A DNA stretch of 32,000 nt from Saccharolobus solfataricus (lineage in GTDB: Archaea; Thermoproteota; Thermoprotei_A; Sulfolobales; Sulfolobaceae), in contig NZ_LT549890.1 of assembly GCF_900079115.1 (NCBI RefSeq), positions 2,580,001 through 2,612,000 on the forward strand, given 5' to 3'. Shown here one piece after another: positions 1 through 8,546 of this stretch (position 1 is its first letter; each line of letters begins with the position of its first letter). The notes under the pieces are model-generated. The model searched no databases and was not told where the DNA came from. It was given only the letters and a program-made list of their open reading frames with translations. Position numbers and translations under genes: made by a program.

Positions 1-65
1 GTTCCTACTCCACCTTTAATATCGCTAAAGGGAGATTTTGGGGGAAGAATTATTGGTCTGATCAT
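1..65 (-). CDS. possible 5' end of an unidentified CDS running off the left edge
   Basis: A minus-strand ATG at 65-63 stays open to position 1 (MIRPIILPPKSPFSDIKGGVG...). Only 21 codons are visible and no motif is recognisable. It is absent from the ORF track because it is truncated. Confidence 0.25.
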   Translation of the reverse strand, partial: MIRPIILPPKSPFSDIKGGVG

Positions 66-121
66 ACTGAAAAATAACCTTTAAAGAATAAAATTTTTTT
101 ATTATATATGTTATAACTCTT

Positions 122-664
122 CTATTTATCATTGCCCAAAAGATGTCTTCTTACAAATATTCTAATATCCTTAACCTTTTTGAGAGATTTCAAATTCGTT
201 ACAATACTATCAACTTTTGCATTATCCTTTTCTCTAATATTTATACTCTCAGCCTCACTTCTCCCTAACTGATTTAAATAATACAATCTTTCTTTTTTTA
301 GAATTAGACTCTTTTTTGATAAGGTATGTAAACGAGAATCTATTCTTGGACTATATACAAAATATCTTTTATTCCACTTAATTGAAAAAATCGGGTTTTG
401 TATATTGTAATATCTGGATAAATAGTCGTAAAGTAAAAATGAGAGTACGAAAAGTCTAGTCTTGTCAATCCCTCCCCCATACTTATATATTGTAAACAAC
501 GTTAGGGAGTCAACGGTCATGTGATAAGCTACTTCTTGTTCTTTACATAACTTTTCTACGTTACTTTCTGCTAATAACTTAAGAATATAATAGAGAGAAA
601 CCCAAGACCCATATATTTCGATTTCGTCCAAAGCCTCCTTTAAGAGTTGTTGTAATCTATTCAT
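122..664 (-). CDS. hypothetical protein (180 aa), translationally coupled to the upstream GH15 gene
   Basis: Complete ORF. Its ATG (664-662) overlaps the GH15 TAA stop (666-664), reading TAATG on the minus strand. No domain is recognisable by eye. Confidence 0.6.
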   Translation of the reverse strand: MNRLQQLLKEALDEIEIYGSWVSLYYILKLLAESNVEKLCKEQEVAYHMTVDSLTLFTIYKYGGGIDKTRLFVLSFLLYDYLSRYYNIQNPIFSIKWNKRYFVYSPRIDSRLHTLSKKSLILKKERLYYLNQLGRSEAESINIREKDNAKVDSIVTNLKSLKKVKDIRIFVRRHLLGNDK

Positions 665-2418
665 TAAACTAACCTCTCTTCTAGTTCCACTATTGCCACT
701 ATTAATCCTGCATGGGGAAATGCTTGAGGAAAGTTACCCCTAGGTTCGCAAGTGTTCTGATCTAAGTGTTCAGCGAGTAATAATGATGATGTAGAACAGT
801 TAATTAGCTTCTCAATTACTTTTTTCGCTCTGTCTACTTCTCCTAATCTAATATAAACCCGGCTTAACCATGTCGAGACTAGGGCAAAAGGATGTTTTAC
901 ATTTCCCATAAAGTCATCCTTATATCTTAGTAATAAACCATCTGAAATCATTAAATCCCTCTCGATCTTCTCAAATGTCCTCAAAAATCTAGGATCTTTA
1001 GCATCTATAAAGCCGTATAGCGGTAAGGTAAGTAAAGCAGAATCTACTGAATTACTCCCGTAATATCTCGTAAAATAACCTAACTTTTCTGAATATCCGT
1101 TATCAAAAACGTCCTTTTTAATTTCTTCAGCAACATTAATCCATTCCTCAGCTTCATTTTTATATCCCAATTCATTTGCAAGTTTGCTAGCCCTATCGAG
1201 AGCTACCCAATCCATAACCTTAGTGTGCGTGAAATGCTCCTCTACTCCTCTTTGTTCCCATAAATCAGTACTCTTCCATTTCCAACTCTTCTTAGTCCAT
1301 TCCGCTATTGCCTCTATGGCCCACCATATTTCACTAATATATTCTGAATCTTTACTTGCATTATAATATTCGTATAGTGCATTCATATAAGCACCTTCAA
1401 CATCCATTTGTATTTGCATATACGCTGCATTTCCAACTCTTACCGGAAACGATTTTTTATGACCTTTTAGCCAATCTAGGATTTCCTCTGCTGGTGGCGC
1501 TGTTCCATCTATTGTATAAAGTGGATGATCAAAACTTTTAGACGAAGGATCTATCATAGCAGTTAGGAATCCTATTATATCCCTGGCCTTTACCAATAAT
1601 CCTGCTTTTATTAACGCTTCTGCAGAGTACGAAGCATCTCTAACCCATACATATCTATAATCCCAATTTCTCGACCCGCCGATTATCTCTGGAAGAGAAG
1701 TAGTTGGAGCTGCTATAATTCCTCCTGATGGTTCATAAATTAAGCCAAGAAGTACTAACAAAGATCTATAATATGCATCTACATACATGTTAACCTTTTT
1801 AGCGTTCTCTAACCTTCTTCTCCAATATCTTATAGCCTTATTTAAGGCTTCATACGGTTCAGAATAAACAAAGCCCTTATTACTGAACAGACCATATCTC
1901 AAATCCTTCGAGTAAAGCAAGTATATATAACCTTTACCCTTTTTCAAAACGAATTCAGTATCATCAATAGGTATGTATTCCCCACCTATTAGTATTTCCA
2001 CGCCCTCTTTGGATTTAGGATTTCTAAATATCAAGCCTCTTCTAGCTTTAATTATAGCTGGTGTTATAAGGCCGTATTCAAAGAATGGCTTTATCTCTAC
2101 TTTCAGATCTATTTCACTTTCATAAATTCGTATAATCCCTGCTAACGATAAAGGTAAGAAGTCCGTTACTTCAGCTTTACCCTCCTCGCTTTTGAAGATA
2201 GTTCTTAGAATCAATGTATTTTCAATATAATCTTCATGAATTACCTCATATTTTTCATCTACCGGACTTATACTGAAATACCCTCCTCTTTCTTCATCCA
2301 GAATTTTTGTGAAAATTGATGAAGAATCAAATCTAGGTAATGGTAACCATTCAACACTGCCATTTTTTATTAAAGCTGAGGTGATACCGTTCGAAAGAAA
2401 TTCGTAATATCTTGTCAC
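664..2418 (-). CDS. glycoside hydrolase family 15 (glucoamylase/trehalase type)
   Basis: 584-aa ORF with GH15 catalytic-domain hallmarks (NWDYRYVWVRDASYSAEAL, WEQRG, LLAEHLD), preceded by a beta-rich N-terminal domain. Confidence 0.9.
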   Translation of the reverse strand: MTRYYEFLSNGITSALIKNGSVEWLPLPRFDSSSIFTKILDEERGGYFSISPVDEKYEVIHEDYIENTLILRTIFKSEEGKAEVTDFLPLSLAGIIRIYESEIDLKVEIKPFFEYGLITPAIIKARRGLIFRNPKSKEGVEILIGGEYIPIDDTEFVLKKGKGYIYLLYSKDLRYGLFSNKGFVYSEPYEALNKAIRYWRRRLENAKKVNMYVDAYYRSLLVLLGLIYEPSGGIIAAPTTSLPEIIGGSRNWDYRYVWVRDASYSAEALIKAGLLVKARDIIGFLTAMIDPSSKSFDHPLYTIDGTAPPAEEILDWLKGHKKSFPVRVGNAAYMQIQMDVEGAYMNALYEYYNASKDSEYISEIWWAIEAIAEWTKKSWKWKSTDLWEQRGVEEHFTHTKVMDWVALDRASKLANELGYKNEAEEWINVAEEIKKDVFDNGYSEKLGYFTRYYGSNSVDSALLTLPLYGFIDAKDPRFLRTFEKIERDLMISDGLLLRYKDDFMGNVKHPFALVSTWLSRVYIRLGEVDRAKKVIEKLINCSTSSLLLAEHLDQNTCEPRGNFPQAFPHAGLIVAIVELEERLV

Positions 2419-2746
2419 GTGAGTAGTAAGGAATTTACCCTAAAAAATTTAGTCTTAATTGTTGAAAGTTAAATTAATCTGGAGAAGCCCATGACTAAAC
2501 TAGTGTTTGCTATATAGATGAGAGGAAGTTTTCAGAAAATAACCTATGGAGGAGAGTTAATATAAGCTAGTATATTTGCACTAGTGTGGTTTTTGAGAGA
2601 ATTACTACTATATTGCAATTGTGGAGTTTATACGTCAATTTCTTTCCACTGCTTATCAAATGAGAGTTGGAGAATCAATGACGAGAGAAGGATGAATTGA
2701 TTTAGAATAGAACCTCATTGGTAGGTGAGGAGATACGTTTTTCAAG

Positions 2747-2758
2747 ATAAATATATTA
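2747..2758 (+). promoter_or_regulatory. TATA-like box upstream of the GT4 gene
   Basis: The sequence ataaatatatta lies 25-36 nt upstream of the ATG at 2783. This spacing is typical of archaeal leaderless or short-leader promoters. Confidence 0.3.
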
Positions 2759-2782
2759 TGAATAAACGCGAAATGAAATAGT

Positions 2783-4096
2783 ATGATTAGCGTTGCTATT
2801 AATACCCAAACACCACCAATAAGATTTTCATTAACCTATAGAGATTTACTGGAAAAATATGGCTACTTAGAGCCTCCAATAGATCTTAACCTACTAAGTA
2901 ATGATGATTATCACATTTCAGTTGGTGGAGTAGCTAAGATGATGCTAAGTCTCATAAAAACTAGAGCCTTCTCGAAATCCAGATGGGTCTCATTGGGACC
3001 AGGTTATCCTCCATCAGTGAAAATGGAAGAAGCAGAAGTTTATTTTGTTGACCTAGATGCTAAATCATTGGCAAACTATACCAGATTTAAAGAGGGACTT
3101 TATAACGAAAGCCATGGATTAAGTAAGTACAATCTTGTTGGAGAAGAATATATAGCCTATGCAAATTATAACTGGCTTTCAGCTCAAAAATTGCTGGAAT
3201 TTTATAACGATACGGATATTTATTTTATAAATGATTTCCAGCAACTGTTGGTAGGAGGGATAATAGGACCTTCAGCCCCAGCAGTTCTATGGTATCATAT
3301 ACCCTTTGTACCAGAAAACCTAAGTAGAAAATTAAAGGAATTTCTAATTAAAGCATTTGAGAGCTTCGATTTGGTAATCTTAAGTACTAAAAGGGACTTG
3401 GAGGGTCTTGTAAGAACTGGAGCTAAGGTTAAAGTTAAACAAATTTACCCGTTCATTGACCCCTCCAGCTATAAGACAGTGGGAAGAAAAGAAATTCAAT
3501 ACATCGAGGATAAGTATCAACTGAAAAGCGATGATAAGGTAATTTTAGTTGTAGCAAGAATGGATCCAATGAAAAGCCAAGACTTAGCGATTTCAGCCAT
3601 AAAAAATGTTGATGCCAAATTGGTACTGGCAGGAGATGGTAGTTTTACTAGTAAGACGCTAGGACACGATAAGGGAAGTATGTGGGTTAGTAGGCTAAAG
3701 GAGTTAGCTAGGAGCTTAGGAGTAGAAAATAAGGTAGTATTCACTGGATATGTACCAGATGAAGAATTATTCGCGCTTTATCAGAGGGCTAACGTAGTTC
3801 TTTTACCCTCCAGAATAGAAGGATTCGGACTAGCAGTATGTGAGGGTTGGGTTTATGGGAAGCCTGCTGTTGTAAGTAGTGGTGCCGGTATAAGTGAGCT
3901 TATTATAGAGGGAGGTAACGGCTTTGTATTCAAGTCCGGAAACATTGATGAATTAGCTGAAAAACTTAAGTTAGCGCTGAAAGATGAAAAGGTAGGTTCA
4001 TTGGGAAAAGAGACCGTTAAGAAGTGTTCAGTAAGTAATGCTTTAAATGAACTGAAGGAAGGGTTTGAGATAGCATCAGAAGAATATAAGAAATAG
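2783..4096 (+). CDS. GT4-family glycosyltransferase (possible trehalose or trehalose-6-phosphate synthase type)
   Basis: 437-aa ORF with a C-terminal GT-B/GT4 signature ([35 protein letters not shown]). It is divergent from a GH15 trehalase-type gene. The substrate assignment is inference from that neighbourhood. Confidence 0.85.
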   Translation: MISVAINTQTPPIRFSLTYRDLLEKYGYLEPPIDLNLLSNDDYHISVGGVAKMMLSLIKTRAFSKSRWVSLGPGYPPSVKMEEAEVYFVDLDAKSLANYTRFKEGLYNESHGLSKYNLVGEEYIAYANYNWLSAQKLLEFYNDTDIYFINDFQQLLVGGIIGPSAPAVLWYHIPFVPENLSRKLKEFLIKAFESFDLVILSTKRDLEGLVRTGAKVKVKQIYPFIDPSSYKTVGRKEIQYIEDKYQLKSDDKVILVVARMDPMKSQDLAISAIKNVDAKLVLAGDGSFTSKTLGHDKGSMWVSRLKELARSLGVENKVVFTGYVPDEELFALYQRANVVLLPSRIEGFGLAVCEGWVYGKPAVVSSGAGISELIIEGGNGFVFKSGNIDELAEKLKLALKDEKVGSLGKETVKKCSVSNALNELKEGFEIASEEYKK

Positions 4097-4099
4097 TTT

Positions 4100-4999
4100 T
4101 TAGGGATTATTGAGCATGGATTTTAGCTTTTCCCACAAGTTGTCTATATATTGTTCTAAAATTTTTATTTGCTCATCAGTTAATTTCTTAAATCTTCCTT
4201 GTATGCTTAGAAAGTCTCTTATAGGTCTTCTAGTCCTCCTATCAAGACAATGTAAACTTTCTGAACTAATGTTTAACTTTCCATTATAATACTCAAATAG
4301 AGGCCAGTAGCAAGTTTGCACTGCTAATTTTGCAACCTCAACGGTCTTTGAAGGATCAAATAGCCAACCATAAGGGTCTGGAGTTAAAACATGAACGTAT
4401 CTAAAACCTTCGACTTGCCTAGCCTTTTTTAACTTCTCTATATAATCATGCGGATATCCTACAGATGCAGTAGCCACATAGGGTACATTATGCGCTATCA
4501 TCAATAGTGGTAGATTTTTCTTATTTTCCTTTTTTCCCTCTGGAGTTGTTGTGGTTATTGCACCAAACGGAGTTGATCCACTTCTCTGCCCTCCACTATT
4601 CATATATGCCTCGTTGTCCACAGTAAGGTAGAGTATATTGTCATTTCTCTCAGCAGCACCACTTAGTGAGGCGAATCCTATATCAGCACTTCCTCCATCT
4701 CCAGCCCAAACCACTATAGTGACGTTTTTACCTTTTTGTTTATACGCCCTAGCCAAACCAGCTGCTGTAGCTGGACCAGCTGCAAAAGCAACGTTAACTG
4801 TAGGGAAGTTGTAAGCATTATAAGGCGCATTTCCTTGTATTACCGAGGAACATCCAGCAACTACTACTAGAACTACATCTTTACCTAATCCCATTCCTAG
4901 CATTCTCATTGCCATATTTTCTGGACAACCAGGACAAGCAGAAGTTCCTGATAAGATACCGTTATGCTTATTCAATATCTCTCGGAGTCCTAAGCTCAA
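4100..4999 (-). CDS. 2-oxoacid:ferredoxin oxidoreductase, beta (ThDP-binding) subunit
   Basis: Carries the CPGCPE motif and the ThDP-binding GDGG...N motif (VWAGDGGSADIGF...VDNEAYMNSGGQ). It is the last gene of a gamma-delta-alpha-beta cluster and overlaps the alpha gene by 32 nt. Confidence 0.9.
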   Translation of the reverse strand: MSLGLREILNKHNGILSGTSACPGCPENMAMRMLGMGLGKDVVLVVVAGCSSVIQGNAPYNAYNFPTVNVAFAAGPATAAGLARAYKQKGKNVTIVVWAGDGGSADIGFASLSGAAERNDNILYLTVDNEAYMNSGGQRSGSTPFGAITTTTPEGKKENKKNLPLLMIAHNVPYVATASVGYPHDYIEKLKKARQVEGFRYVHVLTPDPYGWLFDPSKTVEVAKLAVQTCYWPLFEYYNGKLNISSESLHCLDRRTRRPIRDFLSIQGRFKKLTDEQIKILEQYIDNLWEKLKSMLNNP

Positions 5000-6170
5000 T
5001 TTTCCCTACCTCCTTTGGATAATACCAAATTACGTCATCCTTTAGGCCTTCTACAAACTTGTTAAATATATATACGAGATCGTTTTTGTTAACTGTAACA
5101 CCACCCAATCCACTTACTACACCTTTTATTTGTGGTACAACATTCGAGATTGTAGACTTTATTTCAACATAAAGCGGACCTCCACCTCTGCCAAAGCTCG
5201 TACTCCTATCTAACACTAGGACCGCCTTTTTATCCTTTAATGTATTTCTTATCTCTTTCTCACTCCAAGGTCTAAGATACCTTATTCTTAACATACCTAT
5301 TTTTATTCCCTTCTCCCTTAATGTGTCCACAGCCTCCATTGCATCTCCTGCCCATGCTCCCATTAAAACTACTGCGTAATCAGCATCTTCTAGTTTATAC
5401 GATACGTTTAGAGTGGAATAATCTCCCAGTGGATTAATCTTCTTATTGTATTCTCTTCCTATTTCCTTTATTACATCCTCTGAGTTTCTCAGCGCTAGAT
5501 CTATTGATTCCCTTAATCTCATATAGCCCTCAGGAGGAAATATATTACCCATACCTACCGGATCTTCTGGATCTATCACATACGGTTGCCTTCTTGGAGG
5601 TAAGAAGTCATCAACTTGATCCTGATCGGGTATTAGCACATTAGTCTTAGTATGTGAAAGGATAAATCCATCCATACCGATCATCATTGGTAGGAACACT
5701 CTTTCGTCTTCTGAGATCCTAAATGCTTGTAAAGTCAGATCTAATGCTTCTTGTGGATTACTCGCAAATGCCATTATCCATCCACTATCTCTCTCGCTCG
5801 TAAAGTCCGTGTGCTCATTCCATATGTTCCATGGAGCTCCTACGGCTCTAGTACCTACAACCATCACTACTGGTACTCTACTCCCAGCAACCCACCACAC
5901 CATTTCGTGCATGTAAAGTAGACCCTGGGATGCGGTAGCAGTAAAGGCCCTAACACCGCCTAAGGCAGCACCAAACGTTGCAGCCATTGCAGAATGTTCA
6001 CTCTCGACTCTCACTATTTCGGTTTCAATTTCACCTTTAGCTCTCATCTCTGCCAATTTCTCAATTATTGTGGTTTGTGGTGTTATTGGGTATATTCCAG
6101 TAACTCCTACTCTCGCTAGTTTTACGCCTAAGGCTACAGCCTCATTTCCGGAAATAATTTTTCTAATCAT
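4968..6170 (-). CDS. 2-oxoacid:ferredoxin oxidoreductase, alpha subunit
   Basis: The N-terminus ISGNEAVALG...GIYPITPQT is typical of POR/VOR/KOR alpha subunits. There is a 4-nt overlap with the delta gene. Confidence 0.9.
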   Translation of the reverse strand: MIRKIISGNEAVALGVKLARVGVTGIYPITPQTTIIEKLAEMRAKGEIETEIVRVESEHSAMAATFGAALGGVRAFTATASQGLLYMHEMVWWVAGSRVPVVMVVGTRAVGAPWNIWNEHTDFTSERDSGWIMAFASNPQEALDLTLQAFRISEDERVFLPMMIGMDGFILSHTKTNVLIPDQDQVDDFLPPRRQPYVIDPEDPVGMGNIFPPEGYMRLRESIDLALRNSEDVIKEIGREYNKKINPLGDYSTLNVSYKLEDADYAVVLMGAWAGDAMEAVDTLREKGIKIGMLRIRYLRPWSEKEIRNTLKDKKAVLVLDRSTSFGRGGGPLYVEIKSTISNVVPQIKGVVSGLGGVTVNKNDLVYIFNKFVEGLKDDVIWYYPKEVGKIELRTPRDIE

Positions 6171-6451
6171 TGTTCACTCACCATACTTATAGCCTTCACT
6201 GGACATACATTCGCACAAACTCCACAACCTTTACAATACTCGTAATCAACTCTTACTTTACCGTTGCTTGGCACTATTGTAGATTCTGGGCAGAACATAA
6301 AACACGCTTTACAGCCTATGCATTTACTATAGTCAACTACAGGCTTTACTATCCTCCATGCTCCGGTTCTTCCTCCAGCACCCTTATTAGGTCTAGTTAT
6401 TGGAAAGTACTGATATTCAAGCAGTGACATACTCGACACCAACTTGTCCAT
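6167..6451 (-). CDS. 2-oxoacid:ferredoxin oxidoreductase, delta subunit (2x[4Fe-4S] ferredoxin)
   Basis: Two CxxCxxCxxxCP motifs are present (CIGCKACFMFCP, CKGCGVCANVCP). The start could instead be the ATG at 6430 (MSLLEY), which would shorten the overlap with the gamma gene. Confidence 0.85.
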   Translation of the reverse strand: MDKLVSSMSLLEYQYFPITRPNKGAGGRTGAWRIVKPVVDYSKCIGCKACFMFCPESTIVPSNGKVRVDYEYCKGCGVCANVCPVKAISMVSEQ

Positions 6452-6971
6452 AGGCTAATCTTGCACCTTTTATGTTGAGTTGAGCTACTTTACCATCAAA
6501 TTCCTCTTCTATTGCTTTCTCAAGTGAAGACAGTTTAGGCATTCCCATTACCCTTATTAGGGCTCCCAAGATAATTACGTTCACCATGGGCCATCCTGAT
6601 TTCACCAAACCTAAATCTGTCGCAATTTTGGTTGCATTAACGTAAAAAGTTCTCCACCTAAGATCTGGTTTAGAAGGTGAATTTAATAATATTGTGGAAG
6701 TATCTTTTAGTCCTCTGAATAAACTCCTTGATATTTGGATAAGGGAATTGTCTATTACTACTAAGTAATCTGGTTCTTCAACTGGAGAAGTTACCCTAAT
6801 AGGCGTATCGGATATTCTACAATAAGCCTCTATCTCTGCGCCTCTCCTTTCTGCTCCATAAATGGGAAAAGAAGAAGTATAAAGATTTTCATACCCTGCA
6901 GCTTCAGCTAATAGCTGGGAAGCCGTTACAACACCTTGTCCACCCCTACCGTGGAATCTTATTTCGAGCAA
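6417..6971 (-). CDS. 2-oxoacid:ferredoxin oxidoreductase, gamma subunit
   Basis: The N-terminal RFHGRGGQGVVTASQLLA motif is characteristic of POR gamma subunits. Confidence 0.9.
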   Translation of the reverse strand: MLEIRFHGRGGQGVVTASQLLAEAAGYENLYTSSFPIYGAERRGAEIEAYCRISDTPIRVTSPVEEPDYLVVIDNSLIQISRSLFRGLKDTSTILLNSPSKPDLRWRTFYVNATKIATDLGLVKSGWPMVNVIILGALIRVMGMPKLSSLEKAIEEEFDGKVAQLNIKGARLAYGQVGVEYVTA

Positions 6972-7034
6972 TAAATGACCACCTATTAGAACTGTATACT
7001 CTTCATCATTTAAAAAACTTACTATAAAAAATGT

Positions 7035-8264
7035 TTAAACTTTAGGTAAGCCGTAATATACAACTTTTTCATAAAACTCTCTCCTATGCGTTACTTCAGA
7101 AACAATATTTATAATTTCAGTTATGATGATAATTTCGGGGAAAACAATAGAAATTAGTGATATAACTATTGAAGCGACATTAAGGCTCATTCTAACGTTT
7201 GACCTTCTATTATTAGAAATTATTTCTATTACAAGAGTTATTATTAATGGAATAATAGTTGTTAAATTGTGACTGAAAAAGTACACAATTGGGAGAGACA
7301 TCGTAAAGATACTCCCTATGAACGAAACTGGAGTATCAACATTATACCATGATGGTCTACTTTTCAACATATAGATCATAATACTGGAAATTACTCCAAC
7401 AGTCAGAAATAATATGGCAGGGTAATAAAATAGAGGTTCGGCAATACTCAAAATATAGAATAATATTGCTATCGATGAAAATAATACCTCTCTGCTTAAC
7501 CAAGAGGTTTTCAAGTTATAAATAACTCTATAAAACCTATCAGTTTTCCTAGCGTGATTTACAGATAAAAGCAATGAGGCTACTAGTAAGATAACACTCA
7601 CAATACTCCAGAGAGGTAATTTAAAAAGGGAATAACCTAACGCGAATTCACTTCCAATCGTAAAGGCTAATAGTCCTAAATAATTCTCCTCTTTCTTAGT
7701 ATGCAACACACTTGCATTGAGAGTTTCCTTTGATTCTGGTTGTTTTATAACAATTCTAGGTTTAGTTATTTCCGAGGGTGGAAGATAATTTACTTCTGCT
7801 TCTCCTTTTTCTATCCAACCGAATGCTAACGCACCAGTAGGACATGCCTCAACACAGTATGGTATTCCCTTTCCCTCCGCTAAACGGTCATAACAAAAGT
7901 GACATTTGCTCATGACTCCCTCATTATTGAATTTTAACGCTTCATATGGGCACGCCCATGTACAAAATCCACACCCTATACATTTATCATCCCTTATTCT
8001 GACTATCCCCATTTCGTTCTTCTCAATCGCATTGGCGGGGCATACTTGCATACATGTCGGATTATCGCAATGATTGCAAGCAATAGAAAGTGCTGTTTTA
8101 CTCTCACCATGGGTCATTACTATTAGACTTCTCCAGTTAAGGTCCCCGTAAGCTTTATTACAAGCATCTACACAAGCGTTACAAATTATGCACTTATTGT
8201 GATCAAATATAAATCCCAGTTTCCTTTCCATATGATAATATCTCGTAAGATAGGTTAATAACAT
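7035..8264 (-). CDS. fused DmsB-like four-cluster [4Fe-4S] protein and DmsC-like polytopic membrane anchor
   Basis: The N-terminal half has four Cys clusters (CIICNACVDAC; CNHCDNPTCMQVCP; CIGCGFCTWACP; CHFCYDRL...CVEACP). The C-terminal ~230 aa are hydrophobic with DmsC-like landmarks (SWLSREV, PSWYNVDTP, C-terminal REFYEKVVYYGLP). The true start may be the internal MERKLGF. Confidence 0.8.
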   Translation of the reverse strand: MLLTYLTRYYHMERKLGFIFDHNKCIICNACVDACNKAYGDLNWRSLIVMTHGESKTALSIACNHCDNPTCMQVCPANAIEKNEMGIVRIRDDKCIGCGFCTWACPYEALKFNNEGVMSKCHFCYDRLAEGKGIPYCVEACPTGALAFGWIEKGEAEVNYLPPSEITKPRIVIKQPESKETLNASVLHTKKEENYLGLLAFTIGSEFALGYSLFKLPLWSIVSVILLVASLLLSVNHARKTDRFYRVIYNLKTSWLSREVLFSSIAILFYILSIAEPLFYYPAILFLTVGVISSIMIYMLKSRPSWYNVDTPVSFIGSIFTMSLPIVYFFSHNLTTIIPLIITLVIEIISNNRRSNVRMSLNVASIVISLISIVFPEIIIITEIINIVSEVTHRREFYEKVVYYGLPKV

Positions 8265-8297
8265 TAGCTTTATATCGATATAAATTGATCAAATTTT

Positions 8298-8546
8298 ATG
8301 GAAACACCATTTTACAAATACGCACTAATGAGGAATTTCATAAGAGAGGCAATTGAACACGAACCTATAGAGAATTTTGTAAAGGAAAAATTAGCTAGCG
8401 ACTTGGAAATGAAAAGTAGATTTTGTAATGAAGATGATAATACTTTAAAACAATTAATAAGTGAAGTTATCGAATATGTCACTTTAGGTAAGGGGAAGGG
8501 AAAAGAGGATGAAATACTTAACGCAATAATTAGCTCATGTCATTAA
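8298..8546 (+). CDS. small hypothetical protein (82 aa)
   Basis: This is the only long ORF in the 265-bp gap between two minus-strand genes. It has an acidic, helical-looking composition, and its 3' end overlaps the CoxL-like gene's 3' end by 17 nt. No motif is recognised. Confidence 0.4.
   Translation: METPFYKYALMRNFIREAIEHEPIENFVKEKLASDLEMKSRFCNEDDNTLKQLISEVIEYVTLGKGKGKEDEILNAIISSCH

Noticed and set aside
1184-1541. Two + strand ORFs (60 and 61 aa) inside the GH15 gene.
   Set aside because: They lie entirely antisense to a well-supported 584-aa CDS. Their composition is low-complexity Leu/Ser/His-rich, typical of shadow ORFs.
3517-3744. 75-aa minus-strand ORF inside the GT4 gene.
   Set aside because: It is an antisense shadow of a motif-supported CDS.
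6170-6427. 85-aa + strand ORF opposite the POR delta gene.
   Set aside because: It is an antisense shadow. The delta subunit carries clear ferredoxin motifs on the other strand.
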